A program made the translations under genes and the position numbers. From an uncultured Methylomirabilota bacterium (GTDB lineage Bacteria; Methylomirabilota; Methylomirabilia; Methylomirabilales; 2-02-FULL-66-22), in contig CAWJSJ010000002.1 of NCBI GenBank assembly GCA_963845565.1, forward strand, positions 1,536,001-1,600,000: a DNA stretch of 64,000 bases, read 5' to 3'. The notes beneath the pieces were generated by a model, which did not search any database, was not told the origin of the DNA, and worked only from the letters and a program-made list of their open reading frames with translations. Position 1 is the first letter of the stretch, and each line of letters starts with the position of its first letter. Below, piece after piece: positions 28,820-39,610 of this stretch.

Positions 28820-30034
28820 TCATACCATCACTCGGTTTCGACCGGAACCCTTGGCGCGGTACAGCGCCTTGTCGGCCGCCGCAAGCACCTGGCGCGGTTC
28901 CGTCTTCCGTCCGTCGCGCTCGGCCAGGCCGATGCTGACAGTCACGGATACCTCCTTTCGGGAGGTGGTCCGCGGCCTCGCCGTCGCCGGCTTCTTCCGG
29001 GGACGCTCCGGTCCCCGCAGTGCGAACCGCGTGGCCTCGATCGCCTTCCGGAGCGCCTCGATGTGGGGAAAAGCATCCGCCGCCGAGGCGTTCGGGAAGA
29101 GGATCGCGAATTCCTCGCCGCCGTATCGGAAGCTACGCCCGCCGCCGCCGACGCGGTCCAGTTTCGCGGCCACCATGCGGAGTACCTGGTCGCCCACGTC
29201 GTGGCCGTAGGTGTCATTGAATCGCTTGAAGTGATCCACATCCACCATCGCCACCGCATACCGGCCGCCGACCCGCAGGAGGGCTTCGGTCAGGGCGCGC
29301 CGACCCGGCAGTCCGGTCAACTCGTCGTGGTACGCCATGCGGTAGGCGGTCTGAACCAGCGCCCCGATCAGGACCGCGCCGCCGGTGGCGAAAACGCTGG
29401 TGGGGTTCCACCCCCGCTGGAAACCGTGCAACGCCCCGAACGCCGCGACAACCGTCCAGAAGAATCCTGCGTCGATCGGGCTACGGCGCCGGACGCTTCG
29501 GACCGCCAGCAGGACGAGCGTCCCCGCGAACGCCGCCAGCGAGACCTGGGGGACGTCAGTCCACGCGGTCAGCGAGGCGTCGGCGCACTGGTAGTCCAGC
29601 CACCCCCCGAGGCCCTGGGGATCGATCTGAAGGACCAACCCGGCGGCGACCAGCTGTCCCAGGATCAGGAGCAGACGCGCCAGGCCGCGGGGAGTGAGCA
29701 GGCCCCGTTCGGCGAGCGAGGCAGAGAGCGCGAGGTTCAATGGTAGAAGTGCGGCGACTGCCGCGAACACGGGACGACCGGCATCTCCCCCTGTGGCGCC
29801 CCAGCCCCCCACATGGCGCAGTGCCCAATCCGCCACGAAGAGGAGTAGGAGCGCGAAGACCACACGGCTCCGGTTGAAGTACCAGCCGAGGAAGAAGCCG
29901 ACACTGAGGACCACGACGGGGAACGCGCGGACGTAGGGCTCCGCCGCGTCCGGCAGCGTTCCCGGGCGGAGGACCGCCAGAGCTGCCAGCACGATCGGGC
30001 CACCCGGGACGAGAAATGTGGTCAGCGTTCTCAC
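28820..30034 (-). CDS. Membrane-bound diguanylate cyclase (GGEEF)
   Basis: Multi-TM N-terminus; DELTGLPGRR, DVDHFKRFNDTYGH, RYGGEEF, ADKALYRAK; no RxxD I-site. Confidence 0.93.
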   Translation of the reverse strand: MRTLTTFLVPGGPIVLAALAVLRPGTLPDAAEPYVRAFPVVVLSVGFFLGWYFNRSRVVFALLLLFVADWALRHVGGWGATGGDAGRPVFAAVAALLPLNLALSASLAERGLLTPRGLARLLLILGQLVAAGLVLQIDPQGLGGWLDYQCADASLTAWTDVPQVSLAAFAGTLVLLAVRSVRRRSPIDAGFFWTVVAAFGALHGFQRGWNPTSVFATGGAVLIGALVQTAYRMAYHDELTGLPGRRALTEALLRVGGRYAVAMVDVDHFKRFNDTYGHDVGDQVLRMVAAKLDRVGGGGRSFRYGGEEFAILFPNASAADAFPHIEALRKAIEATRFALRGPERPRKKPATARPRTTSRKEVSVTVSIGLAERDGRKTEPRQVLAAADKALYRAKGSGRNRVMV

Positions 30035-30097
30035 AACGAGGATTGTGGCTGACAGTTTGCGTTTTTCAAGTGGTTTTCGCGCGGGGCGGGGCTCCGC

Positions 30098-30979
30098 CTA
30101 CCGGGGGCGGCGCAACCGGTTGTACAGCGTCTCAACCTCCGTGAGGTCCCTGCGGAAGGGGCCTTCGGCTTCCAGTTTCAAGCTGGTGACGGCGGCGGCC
30201 CACACGACGGCTTCGGCCGGGGTGGCCGTGAGTCGCCGCGAGAGATAGGCCGACGTGCAGGTGTCTCCCCGGCCGCTCCGCCCCCGGACCGCCACGGGCG
30301 CCCACGGCGCTTCATGGAAGGTGCCGTCGTGGTGGACGAGGACGCCGCCGCTGTGCGTGAGGAGCACTTCCTTCGGGCCGTAGGCCGCGAGTCGTCGAGC
30401 GGCCTCGTACCGGTCGTCTTCGCCGGTCAGGAGCTTGGCCTCCACGGCGTCGGTCTTGAAGACGGTGACGAGCGGCAGGACCGCCTCCTTGCCTGGCCAG
30501 CCGTCGGAGGCTAGAATCCCGTCCTGGACGATTCGGAGCCAGCCCTGGATGTCCAGAGCGAGGATCGCCCCTGTGGCTGCGAGGTGTCGAACCACCTCCA
30601 CGGGGACCTCTCCCCGGACGGACGCGCCGATCGCATATGCCCTGGCATCGATCCCCGCCACCTCCTCAACTGTGAACGGGCCGGCGGAGCTGGTCAGTTC
30701 GATCGTTCGCTGGTCGAGATCGTCGGTGGGATAGATCAGTCGGAGGCACGTGGAGTGCGGCGTTTCCTTCGCGAACGCGGTCACCCCGATTGCCTCCAAC
30801 GACTCGACCACATGCCAGTCTGCACGAGCCAGTCGGGTGACGACGGCGACCCGGAGGCTCATGCGCGCCGCGACATTCGCCCCATAGTTGAAAGCGCCGC
30901 CATCCACGATGCGCGTCACCGTCGGATAGACGATGGTGTCCTTGGTGTAATGCCCGATGAAGGCGATGTCGAAGGTCAT
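30098..30979 (-). CDS. PfkB/ribokinase family carbohydrate kinase
   Basis: GHYTKD, GGAFNY, LDIQG, KTDAVEA, SGRGDT anion-hole variant. Confidence 0.85.
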   Translation of the reverse strand: MTFDIAFIGHYTKDTIVYPTVTRIVDGGAFNYGANVAARMSLRVAVVTRLARADWHVVESLEAIGVTAFAKETPHSTCLRLIYPTDDLDQRTIELTSSAGPFTVEEVAGIDARAYAIGASVRGEVPVEVVRHLAATGAILALDIQGWLRIVQDGILASDGWPGKEAVLPLVTVFKTDAVEAKLLTGEDDRYEAARRLAAYGPKEVLLTHSGGVLVHHDGTFHEAPWAPVAVRGRSGRGDTCTSAYLSRRLTATPAEAVVWAAAVTSLKLEAEGPFRRDLTEVETLYNRLRRPR

Positions 30980-31274
30980 GGCGCCTCGCTCTGAGGTGGG
31001 TCTTTGGCGTGTCTCCAACGGGAAAAAACACACAACGCCCAGTGGTCACGACCGACCACCGGCCACGCGGGAGTGTAACATGCAGATTCTTCTCGCGCAC
31101 GCGTCGTCTCTCGACCGGTCACGCCGTTCCGCGCGCCATCAGGCTCCACGGGGCGCACGGGAAGTGCCACTCCCGTCCGATTGAACCAACCGCCCGGCAT
31201 CTCCGACGGTTCTTGCCGCACGCCGGCCATTGGGCAGCCACCCGCACAACACGCGCCCCGCGCTCCGCTCCGCC

Positions 31275-31303
31275 TTGACACAGGCGAAACCACTTGGTAG
31301 CGT
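31275..31303 (+). promoter_or_regulatory. sigma70 promoter for tctCBA
   Basis: TTGACA-N17-TAGCGT. Confidence 0.6.
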
Positions 31304-31390
31304 TCCTCCGCAGACTGCCGGGCCCACGGTGCTGCCGATCGGCCGGCCCGGTCGCGACCTTCTCCTTTTCCATTCATTTCCCAGGGAGGG

Positions 31391-32374
31391 ATGCTCATGC
31401 GAACATCAGTCAGATGGTGCCAGGCGCTGTTGATTGCCCTTCTCGTCTGCGTCTGCGTCCCGGCCATGGCGCAGGAGAAATTCCCCTCGAAGTCAGTGGA
31501 AATCATCGTAGCCTGGGCGGCGGGCGGCGCCACGGACGTGCTGTTCCGCGCGATCGGCGCCGTCTTCCCGAAACACGCCAACGGCCAGCAGTTGATCGTG
31601 AAGAACATTCCGGGCGGTGGGGCCGCCATCGGGTACGTCGAGGCCATGAAGGCCAAAGGGGACGGCTACACCATCGTGGCGTCCGCCACCCCGATGATCA
31701 CCAAGATCCACATGAGCAAGGTGCCGTTCACGGCCACCACCTTCGCGCCGGTCATCATGCTGGCGGATAACTCGTGCATGGTGATGGTGCCGGCCGACTC
31801 GCCCTTCAAGGACCTCAAGGACTTCGTGGAGGCCGCCCGGAAGCGGCCCGGTGAGGTCACCATCGGTAACGCCGGGTCGGGCGGCGGCTACCACATGGTG
31901 GCGCTGGCGTTCCAGAACTTCACCAAGGCCAAGTTCAACCACATCCCCTTCGAAGGGGGTGGGCCCGCGATCACGGCCGCTCTGGGCAAGCACGTGGACT
32001 CCATCATCGTGTCGGCGCCGGAGGGAGTGCCGCAGGCGCTGGCGGGCCAGCTTCGCGTCCTGGGGATCCTCGGCCCCGACCGACTGGACAAGTTCCCCAA
32101 GGTGCCGACCGCCAAGGAGCAAGGGCTGAACTTCGCGATGACGATGTGGCGGGGTGTGATCGCGCCCAAGGACACGCCGCCCGCCGTCGTGAGCCAGCTG
32201 CACGACATCCTGAAGAAGAGCATGGACGACCCCGAGTTCAAGAAGAAGGCGGACGAACTGTCCGTCGAGCTGCGCTACATGGGTCCGGAAGAGTTCGGGA
32301 AGTTCATGGTGTCGGAGGATGCTCGCTACAAGGAATTGATCATGAGCGAGAAGATGGGCGATCGGTACAAGTAG
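31391..32374 (+). CDS. tctC: Tripartite tricarboxylate transporter substrate-binding protein (TctC/Bug)
   Basis: Signal peptide, FPSKSVEIIVAWAAGGATD, NIPGGG, DGYT, PFEGGG, VPTAKEQG. Confidence 0.93.
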   Translation: MLMRTSVRWCQALLIALLVCVCVPAMAQEKFPSKSVEIIVAWAAGGATDVLFRAIGAVFPKHANGQQLIVKNIPGGGAAIGYVEAMKAKGDGYTIVASATPMITKIHMSKVPFTATTFAPVIMLADNSCMVMVPADSPFKDLKDFVEAARKRPGEVTIGNAGSGGGYHMVALAFQNFTKAKFNHIPFEGGGPAITAALGKHVDSIIVSAPEGVPQALAGQLRVLGILGPDRLDKFPKVPTAKEQGLNFAMTMWRGVIAPKDTPPAVVSQLHDILKKSMDDPEFKKKADELSVELRYMGPEEFGKFMVSEDARYKELIMSEKMGDRYK

Positions 32375-32384
32375 CCGCAACCAG

Positions 32385-32548
32385 CAGGCTGCTGAAAACG
32401 GCCCAACTGCGGGGGCCCATCCTCCGGACGGATACCCCGCGTGCTCGGGCACTCGTTGCGGCGGACCTGGAGTACGCCTGGACCCACCTTCGGTGGGGAC
32501 CCCGTCCATTGCCCGCCGCCTGGCATCTGGACCTATTTGAGCAGCCTG
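32385..32548 (+). mobile_element. Family B MITE-like element, copy 2 (carries two mini-hairpin inserts)
   Basis: CAGGCTGCTGAAAACGG...TTTGAGCAGCCTG, 10 nt after the tctC stop. Confidence 0.85.
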
Positions 32549-32578
32549 AGGAACAAGTGGGTCTTTTCGCATTCTGTT

Positions 32579-32615
32579 AAACGTCGGGGAGCCCGCTCGG
32601 GGCTCCTCGACGTTT
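32579..32615 (+). terminator. Hairpin between tctC and tctB
   Basis: AAACGTCGGGGAGCCC-gctcg-GGGCTCCTCGACGTTT, followed by GTT. Confidence 0.5.
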
Positions 32616-32640
32616 GTTCATCGTCCCACGAGGCTGAGGC

Positions 32641-33087
32641 ATGAAACGCTTTGAGCGGGTCGCGGCGGGTACGCTGCTCGTGATCGGTGCAGGGTCGGCG
32701 TACCTGGCCATCGAGATGGGATTCGGCTCGGTGCGTGTTCCCGGCCCCGGATTCCTGCCGTTCTGGCTGGCCGCCTCCTTGGCGGCGACCGCCGCGGTTT
32801 ATCTCGTTCTGCGCCTTGGGCCAGACCCGGCGGCGCGGCCGTTATGGGATCCGGGTACCTGGCGCCGCCCGGCGCTTGCAGCCGTCGTCATGCTGAGCTT
32901 CACCCTCCTGATGGGCGGAATCGGTTTCTTCGCCGCCACGTTCCTCCTCTATCTGGGATGGCTCATCCTGATCGAGCGGGCACGGTGGCTCACCGTCGGA
33001 GCGGTGTCGGTCCTGGGGACGCTCGGTGCGTACCTCCTGTTCGTCGTCCTCCTCAAGGTTCCGCTGCCGAAGGGCCTCCTTTTCTGA
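32641..33087 (+). CDS. tctB: TctB family permease
   Basis: PGPGFLP, 4 TM segments, LKVPLPKG. Confidence 0.88.
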   Translation: MKRFERVAAGTLLVIGAGSAYLAIEMGFGSVRVPGPGFLPFWLAASLAATAAVYLVLRLGPDPAARPLWDPGTWRRPALAAVVMLSFTLLMGGIGFFAATFLLYLGWLILIERARWLTVGAVSVLGTLGAYLLFVVLLKVPLPKGLLF

Positions 33088-33103
33088 CGGTGGAGTACTG
33101 ACC

Positions 33104-34612
33104 TTGGACGCCTTTCACGGGTTGCTGAGCGGTTTCGCGCTGGCCGTCACGCCGGTCAATCTGCTGTTCTGTCTGATCGGGTCCGTCCTGGGGACGGCCA
33201 TCGGGGTCCTGCCCGGCCTGGGGCCCGCGGCCACCATCTCGCTGCTGCTGCCGCTCTCCTACGCCCTGGGGAATCCGGTCACCTCCATCATCATGCTCGC
33301 CGGCATCTACTATGGGGCGATGTACGGCGGCTCGACCACCTCGGTGCTGCTGAACATCCCCGGAGAGGCGGCCTCGGTCGTCACGTGCATCGACGGCTAC
33401 AAGATGGCGAAGCAGGGACGGGCGGGCGCGGCGCTGGGGATGGCCGCCATCGGGTCCTTCGTGGCCGGGACGGCGGGGGTGGTCGGTCTCACCTTCGTGG
33501 CGCCGCCCCTGTCCGCTTTCGCCGTGAAGTTCGGCCCGGCGGAGTACTTCTCGCTCACCATCCTGGGACTGCTCCTGGCGACCTACCTCTCCGGCAAGTC
33601 GGTCGTGAAGGGAATCCTCATGGCCCTCCTGGGATTGCTCCTGGCCATGGTGGGGCGGGACCCGGTCACCGGGAACGAGCGGTACACCTTTGGGCTGTTC
33701 ATCCTGGAGGACGGGTTCGACTTTCTGACCCTCGGCATGGGGATCTTCGGCATCGGGGAGATCTTCATCAGTCTCGAAGAGCAGGTGAAGGCCGAGCTGG
33801 TCACCACGCGCATCACTGGGCTGTGGCCGACGGTCAGGGACTGGGCCATCTCCAGGTGGGCCATCGTACGCGGATCGCTGGTGGGCTTCTTCGTGGGGTT
33901 GCTTCCGGGCGGCGGCGCGGTCATCGCCTCGCTCCTCTCCTACGCCGTGGAGAAGCGGGTGTCGAAGCACCCCGAGCGGTTCGGCGAGGGGGCGCTGGAA
34001 GGCGTGGCCGGGCCCGAGTCGGCCAACAACGCCGCGGCCAGCGCGTCCTTCATCCCGATGCTCACCCTGGGTATCCCCGGGAACCCGGCCATCGCCATGA
34101 TCTTCGCCGCCCTGCTGATCCAGGGGGTGACCCCCGGGCCGTTCCTGCTGAAGGACCACCCCGACCTCTTCTGGGCGGTGATCGCGTCCATGTACATCGG
34201 GAACGTCATGCTGCTGGTCCTGAACCTGCCCCTGGTCGGTCTGTGGGTGCAGATGCTCAAGGTGCCGTACGCCATCCTCGCCCCCTCGATCGTCCTGATC
34301 TGCGCCATCGGCGTGTACAGCATGAAGAACAACATCGACGACGTGGTGATGATGGTGCTCTTCGGCGTCGTCGGCTACGTGCTGCGGAAGCTGCAGTTCG
34401 ATCTGGGGCCGATCCTGCTGGCGTTCGTCCTCGGCCGGATCCTGGAGCGCTCCCTCCGGCAGGCGCTCCTGATCTCGCGGGGCGACCTCTCGATCTTCGT
34501 CACCAAGCCGATCTCCGCCGCCCTGCTCGGGATCGCCGCGGCGATGATCCTCGGCACGATCTGCGTGTCGCTCTACCGGTACCTGGCGGCGAGACGGCCG
34601 GCCAAGGCCTGA
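33104..34612 (+). CDS. tctA: TctA family permease (TTG start)
   Basis: GVLPGLG, GAMYGGSTTSVLLNIPGEA, GPESANNA, LGIPG; GGAG RBS before TTG. Confidence 0.93.
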   Translation: MDAFHGLLSGFALAVTPVNLLFCLIGSVLGTAIGVLPGLGPAATISLLLPLSYALGNPVTSIIMLAGIYYGAMYGGSTTSVLLNIPGEAASVVTCIDGYKMAKQGRAGAALGMAAIGSFVAGTAGVVGLTFVAPPLSAFAVKFGPAEYFSLTILGLLLATYLSGKSVVKGILMALLGLLLAMVGRDPVTGNERYTFGLFILEDGFDFLTLGMGIFGIGEIFISLEEQVKAELVTTRITGLWPTVRDWAISRWAIVRGSLVGFFVGLLPGGGAVIASLLSYAVEKRVSKHPERFGEGALEGVAGPESANNAAASASFIPMLTLGIPGNPAIAMIFAALLIQGVTPGPFLLKDHPDLFWAVIASMYIGNVMLLVLNLPLVGLWVQMLKVPYAILAPSIVLICAIGVYSMKNNIDDVVMMVLFGVVGYVLRKLQFDLGPILLAFVLGRILERSLRQALLISRGDLSIFVTKPISAALLGIAAAMILGTICVSLYRYLAARRPAKA

Positions 34613-34639
34613 TGAGCCCATCGGCCGGACCCCCAACCT

Positions 34640-34741
34640 TTAGGAGCCGTTACGAAATAACCTGTACATCTCTTTCTATTTCGTTACGGCTCCTTATGCC
34701 GTTTCGGAATGTCTCCGCTCAACTTATTCTTTGACAACGGC
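34640..34741 (-). repeat. Family A element, copy 2
   Basis: Reverse complement of 3093-3194 with 2 substitutions; TAA at both ends. Confidence 0.93.
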
Positions 34742-34801
34742 TTACGCCGCTGGCGGTCCCGTTATGGCATCCGCGCAGCAGATTCATGAGATGGGGCATC
34801 C

Positions 34802-35428
34802 ATGTTCTCCAGTGAAACCCTGTTAACCTTCTTTGCCGCATCCGTCTTGCTCGCTCTCGCGCCGGGCCCCGACAACATCTTCGTGCTGACGCAATCCTCC
34901 TTGTATGGACGACGGGCCGGCCTGGCGGTCACGTGTGGGTTGTGCACGGGACTGATCGGTCACAGCACGGCGGTCGCGCTGGGTGTTGCGGTGGTTTTTC
35001 AACGGTCGGCGGCGGCATTCTCCGCCCTAAAATTCATCGGCGCCGCTTATCTGGTGTATCTGGCATGGCAGGCGTTCCGTGCCTCGGCGACACGCATTGA
35101 GACCGAGGGCCGCGGCGACGCCAATCTGCGCAAACTGTACGGTCGTGGCATCATCATGAATCTCACCAATCCTAAGGTGTCCATATTCTTCCTGGCGTTC
35201 CTCCCGCAGTTCGCGGATCCGTCCAGGGGGCCCATCTGGTTACAGCTTCTGCTGCTGGGCGGTGTGTTCATCCTGTCGACCATATTGGTCTTCGGCGGCA
35301 TCGCCCTCCTGGCGGGCACGCTTGGCCAATGGCTTCAGCGATCGGACCGAGTCCAAGGAATCATGAACAAAGTCGCAGGCGCTGTTTTCGTAGTCCTTGC
35401 CCTGAAGCTAGCAACCACCACGCGATAA
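34802..35428 (+). CDS. LysE/RhtB family exporter
   Basis: PGPDN, LKFIGAAYL, NPKVSIFFLAFLPQF. Confidence 0.93.
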   Translation: MFSSETLLTFFAASVLLALAPGPDNIFVLTQSSLYGRRAGLAVTCGLCTGLIGHSTAVALGVAVVFQRSAAAFSALKFIGAAYLVYLAWQAFRASATRIETEGRGDANLRKLYGRGIIMNLTNPKVSIFFLAFLPQFADPSRGPIWLQLLLLGGVFILSTILVFGGIALLAGTLGQWLQRSDRVQGIMNKVAGAVFVVLALKLATTTR

Positions 35429-35716
35429 ATCCGGACCGCCGATGGCGCAATCTCTCAATGGACGCACCTTCCCGGACCCGATGGCGAGTGGCGTCGGCCG
35501 CCGGGCGGGGTGTGTCATGCCTCCCGCTCGCTCGACGCCTTGACACACGCACTCGGCATGGGCTAGGGTTGCATCGTGCCGGTGGTTCTCCGGCAGCCCC
35601 ACAGGAGGCCGGTCGAATGCGGGCGCCTGCGGATCACGAGACGAACGAATGACGGGAACGTCCGGTTCGGAGGCCGGCGTCCAGCGTTGCGACCGCGACT
35701 GCGCCTGGGGGCTGGG

Positions 35717-36710
35717 ATGACGGCCCCACGGTCCGTCGTGCTGGGCATCCTGATGGTTCGCCCTCCTCGCGACGCCTCTCGCCGCCGGGGCGCAGCCGGC
35801 GGAGAAGCGTTTCCGGGTGGGGGTGTTGTGCCCGTTAACGTGTGCCACCCCGCCATTTGAGGCATTGCGACAAGGCCTGCTGGCGCGCGGGTACGTCGAA
35901 GGACGGACCATCACCTTCGAGTATCGCGCGGCGGACGGCAAGTATGAGACGTATTTCGACCTCGCCGCGGATCTGGTCGGTCTCCAGGTCGATGTCATCT
36001 TCGCGAGCGGGGTGCTGCCCGGGGTGCTCGCCGCCAAGCGAGCCACCACGACCATCCCCATTGTGTTTGCGGGGCTCGGCGAGGATCCCGTGCATTACGG
36101 CCTGGTCCAGAGCCTGGCCAGGCCGGGCGGCAACCTGACGGGACTCGTCGCCCTCTATGCGGATCTGGTCGAAAAGCAACTGCAGCTCGTCACGGAGAAC
36201 GTCCCGGGAGCGTCGCGGGTGGTTGCGCTCTGGGATGTCGGCGTCGAGAAAGCCCTGGAGCCCAGCTTCAAGACCTTAGCGGTGGCCGCCGGGGCCTTGG
36301 GCGTGCACCCGCAGCCCGTGGCGGTGCGCGGGTCGGAGGGTCTCGCCCGTGCGTTTCGCGCCGCGGCCGACGCGCGCGCGGGCGCGATCATCCTTTTGCC
36401 GTCCCCGATCTTCTTCTGGGGTCGAGTCCGGGTCGCGCACCTCGCGGCGGAACACCGGCTTCCCACCATCTCCCCGTTCGTGGAGTTTGCCCAGGCCGGG
36501 GGCTTGATGGCGTACGGCCCGAACGTGACACGCATGTTCGGCTACGCGGCCGGCATCGTTGATCGGATTCTGAAGGGCGCCAAGCCGGCCGACCTCCCCG
36601 TGGAGCAGCCGACCGAATTCGACCTTACGATCAACCTCAAGGCGGCAAAGGCGCTTCGGCTGACGATACCGCCCGCGATACTCATGCAGGCGAATGAGGT
36701 GATTCGGTGA
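35717..36710 (+). pseudogene. Stand-alone ABC substrate-binding protein (ABC_sub_bind), frameshifted in the signal peptide near 35756
   Basis: MTAPRSVVLGILM in one frame, FALLATPLAAGAQPAEKRFRVGVL...SLARPGGNLTG...GAKPADLPVEQPT in the next; may be an assembly error. Confidence 0.8.
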
Positions 36711-36943
36711 CCCAGCGCGCAGTTACACTCGGCAGTTGCCGCCCGCAGGTCCACCAGCATCGCGACGCCACCACCTTGGGCAACGCCGCCCAACCGCCTG
36801 CGGGGGATGCGCCAAGAGCGGCACACCCCTGAAGGGGGTGACGCCGCCTCGGGCACGCGGGACGCCGAACCCCTCCATCGAGCGGCCAGTCGGCGGCTGC
36901 CAGTCGGGCCGCAACTGATGCTGCCGAACGAAAGGAACATCCC

Positions 36944-37393
36944 GTGAAGGACACTGCGAACCAAATCAGACGGACTGTCGATGAGGCGTCAGCCGCCATG
37001 GTGCGCATGAAACCCGATGAGGTCTCGTTGAGGCGGCGTCCGGATGGGTGGTCCAAAAAGGAGATCTTGGGCCATTTGATCGATTCCGCGGCCAATAATC
37101 ACCAACGGTTCGTGAGAGCCTCCTATCACGCTGCCGCCTCGTTTCCCACCTACGACCAAAACGCTTGGGTGCGGATTCAGCAGTACCATGCATCGGAATG
37201 GGCGGGACTGGTCACGTTGTGGTCCGCCTTCAATCGTCACTTGAGTGACGTCATCGATCGTATACCCGAAGACGCGAAGAGTTCGCCGTGTAACGTCGGC
37301 AAGGCAGAGCCGGTGACGCTGGAGTTCGTGGTAACAGACTACCTTCGCCACTTGCAGCATCACGTGAGTCAGATATTGGACCAAAAGGAATGA
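36944..37393 (+). CDS. DinB family protein
   Basis: WSKKEILGHLIDSAANN, YDQNAWV, DYLRHLQHH His triad. Confidence 0.9.
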   Translation: MKDTANQIRRTVDEASAAMVRMKPDEVSLRRRPDGWSKKEILGHLIDSAANNHQRFVRASYHAAASFPTYDQNAWVRIQQYHASEWAGLVTLWSAFNRHLSDVIDRIPEDAKSSPCNVGKAEPVTLEFVVTDYLRHLQHHVSQILDQKE

Positions 37394-37860
37394 CCAGCGC
37401 ATGTGCGCGGAGGCGCCACTCGCGCGCCGGCGATGCGAGCCGTTCCGCCTGTCAGGGACCCCATGGCTACGTGTCGCCGAGTTGGTACGAATCGTCATCC
37501 GCGGTGCCCACGTGGAATTACGCGGTCGTGCACGCGACGGGGACACCGTGCATCCGCGATGAGGAAACCTTCGCGGCCGGCGTCGTGCGAGACTTGACGC
37601 ATCGGTATGAGGACTCTCGTCCCCACCCGTGGCGCGTCGAGGATCTGCCGCCGGAGTTTCACCGCACGCTCCTCGGCGCGGTGGTGGCCTTCGAAATGCC
37701 GATCGCGCACCTCGACGGGAAATTCAAGTTGAGCCAGAACCGCACGCCCGCCGACCGAGAAGGCGCGATCAGCGGGCTGGAACACGCCGATTCCGGTCCG
37801 GCGCGTGCTCTGGCGGCCCTCATGCGTGCGCGTAGTAGCGGAGTCGAGCCGGGCCGATGA
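37390..37860 (+). pseudogene. 5'-truncated PaiB-like FMN-binding negative transcriptional regulator
   Basis: QGPHGYVSPSWY, VPTWNYAVVH, GKFKLSQNR present; the N-terminal third is missing or decayed. Confidence 0.75.
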
Positions 37861-37943
37861 CGCGGACGGGCTTCGCGCGCCGCTTGGCGCCCGATCGGTG
37901 ATGTCGCGTGGTGGTGTGTGACCCTCAGCATGGGAGGTCCGAA

Positions 37944-38858
37944 ATGTCTATTCGACCGATTAAGCGGATCGTTCGCGCCAAGCCGACGCTCGAAGGCGCC
38001 GGGGTGCACCTGCGCCGCGCATTCGGTTTCGGCAACACCTCCGACTTCGACCCGTTTCTTCTCCTCGACGACTTCCGGAATGACATCCCGGAGGACTATC
38101 TCGCCGGCTTTCCGTGGCACCCCCACCGAGGGATCGAGACGATCACCTATGTCCTCGCCGGAACGGTGGAGCACGGGGACAGCCTGGGGAACCGGGGCGC
38201 CATCGCCGCCGGCGACGTCCAGTGGATGACGGCGGGGAGGGGCATCATCCACCAGGAGATGCCGAAGGGCGACCCGGCGGGCCGGATGCACGGGTTCCAG
38301 CTGTGGGCGAACCTGCCGGCGGCGCTCAAGATGACGACGCCTCGCTATCAGGAGGTGAAGGCGGGCGACATCCCGGAGATCGCGGAAGACGACGGCACCC
38401 GGGTCCGGGTCATTTGCGGCCACGCCTTGGGGACGACCGGTCCCGTGGAGGGGGTCGCCGCCGATCCGATCTACCTCGATGTGTCGGTGCCGCCCGGCAA
38501 GCGGCGAACCCTCCCGGTCGAGACGACCCGTCACGCCTTCGCGTACGTGTTCGCGGGGGCGGGGAAGTTCTGCAACGCGTCGGGCCCCCTCGCGGTGCCG
38601 ACCGAAGGGGTCGGCTGGGCGGACACGACCCTCCCCCAGGACGCGGACAACCGCTCGCTCGTGCTCTTCGATCGCGGCGACGAGATCTCCGTGCAGGCCG
38701 GGGACGAGGGACTCCGATTCCTCCTGGTCTCGGGGAAGCCACTCGGGGAGCCGGTCGCGTGGTACGGCCCGATCGTGATGAACACGCAGGAGCAGCTCCG
38801 GCAAGCGTTCGAGGAACTTCAACGGGGGACCTTCCTGAAGGCGGAGGGACAGGGGTAG
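37944..38858 (+). CDS. Pirin family protein
   Basis: DPFLLLD, HPHRGIETITY, WMTAGRGIIHQE, QLWANLP, GPIVMN. Confidence 0.95.
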   Translation: MSIRPIKRIVRAKPTLEGAGVHLRRAFGFGNTSDFDPFLLLDDFRNDIPEDYLAGFPWHPHRGIETITYVLAGTVEHGDSLGNRGAIAAGDVQWMTAGRGIIHQEMPKGDPAGRMHGFQLWANLPAALKMTTPRYQEVKAGDIPEIAEDDGTRVRVICGHALGTTGPVEGVAADPIYLDVSVPPGKRRTLPVETTRHAFAYVFAGAGKFCNASGPLAVPTEGVGWADTTLPQDADNRSLVLFDRGDEISVQAGDEGLRFLLVSGKPLGEPVAWYGPIVMNTQEQLRQAFEELQRGTFLKAEGQG

Positions 38859-39025
38859 GCGTGCCGTTCGTCGGTGGAGTCGACGGTGTCTCCGGCGTGG
38901 GCGAGGCGCAGTCCGTTTTGGAATAATCGCGGCAATGGACGGCGGGCGGCCGCCGCCAGATCCACCACACGTGCGCGCTCGCCCGTCGCCGCAAAGTGCA
39001 GGTGCCACACCCTTCAGGGGGGAAT

Positions 39026-39466
39026 ATGAAGAGCTTGCTTCCGATTGTGTTTGCCACCATCGCTGCAGTTGGGAATGCCATGTTCGCCCTCGGACAGAGG
39101 AAGTCTGCGGGTGTCGAGAATGGGTTATTGTTCGTCGGCGTATCCGCGCTGGTGGCGGTGCTCTTCGCACTGCTTTTCGCGCCGTTCGTCGGCGCATTCG
39201 ATATCGGGCACACATTGACGGGGCACTGGCCCGCCGTTCTCCTGAGCGGACTCGGTCTCTTCCTGACCTATCTCGGCTTCAATCTTCTCTATTCCAGATA
39301 CGGCGCCTCTCAGTACGTCCTCTATGCGGTGTTGTCCATCATCACGACAACGATCGTTGTTGGCATCCTGTGGTTGAAGGAGCCGGTCAATCTCTATCAC
39401 AAGATCGCCATCGCGATGGCCATCGCCGCGGTTGTCCTTTTTTCAATCGGCCAGTCGAAGGCGTGA
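39026..39466 (+). CDS. Small DMT/EamA-like membrane transporter
   Basis: 5 hydrophobic helices, GILWLKE motif. Confidence 0.7.
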   Translation: MKSLLPIVFATIAAVGNAMFALGQRKSAGVENGLLFVGVSALVAVLFALLFAPFVGAFDIGHTLTGHWPAVLLSGLGLFLTYLGFNLLYSRYGASQYVLYAVLSIITTTIVVGILWLKEPVNLYHKIAIAMAIAAVVLFSIGQSKA

Positions 39467-39610
39467 CACACCAATCCGGCAGACGGCGTTCCGTTGCCGG
39501 TGCGCGGGAGGGTCAGGCCGTGGCCTCGCAGGGCGAGTCGGCGAGCATGGTGTCGCCGGGGTCCGTGTCCCCGGACGACTGACGGTCGGTTCCGGACAAG
39601 GAGAGAGGCA

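Noticed and set aside
35751..35753. In-frame TGA before the ABC SBP signal peptide as selenocysteine
   Set aside because: Upstream sequence in that frame is not signal-peptide-like; a one-base frameshift explains it better
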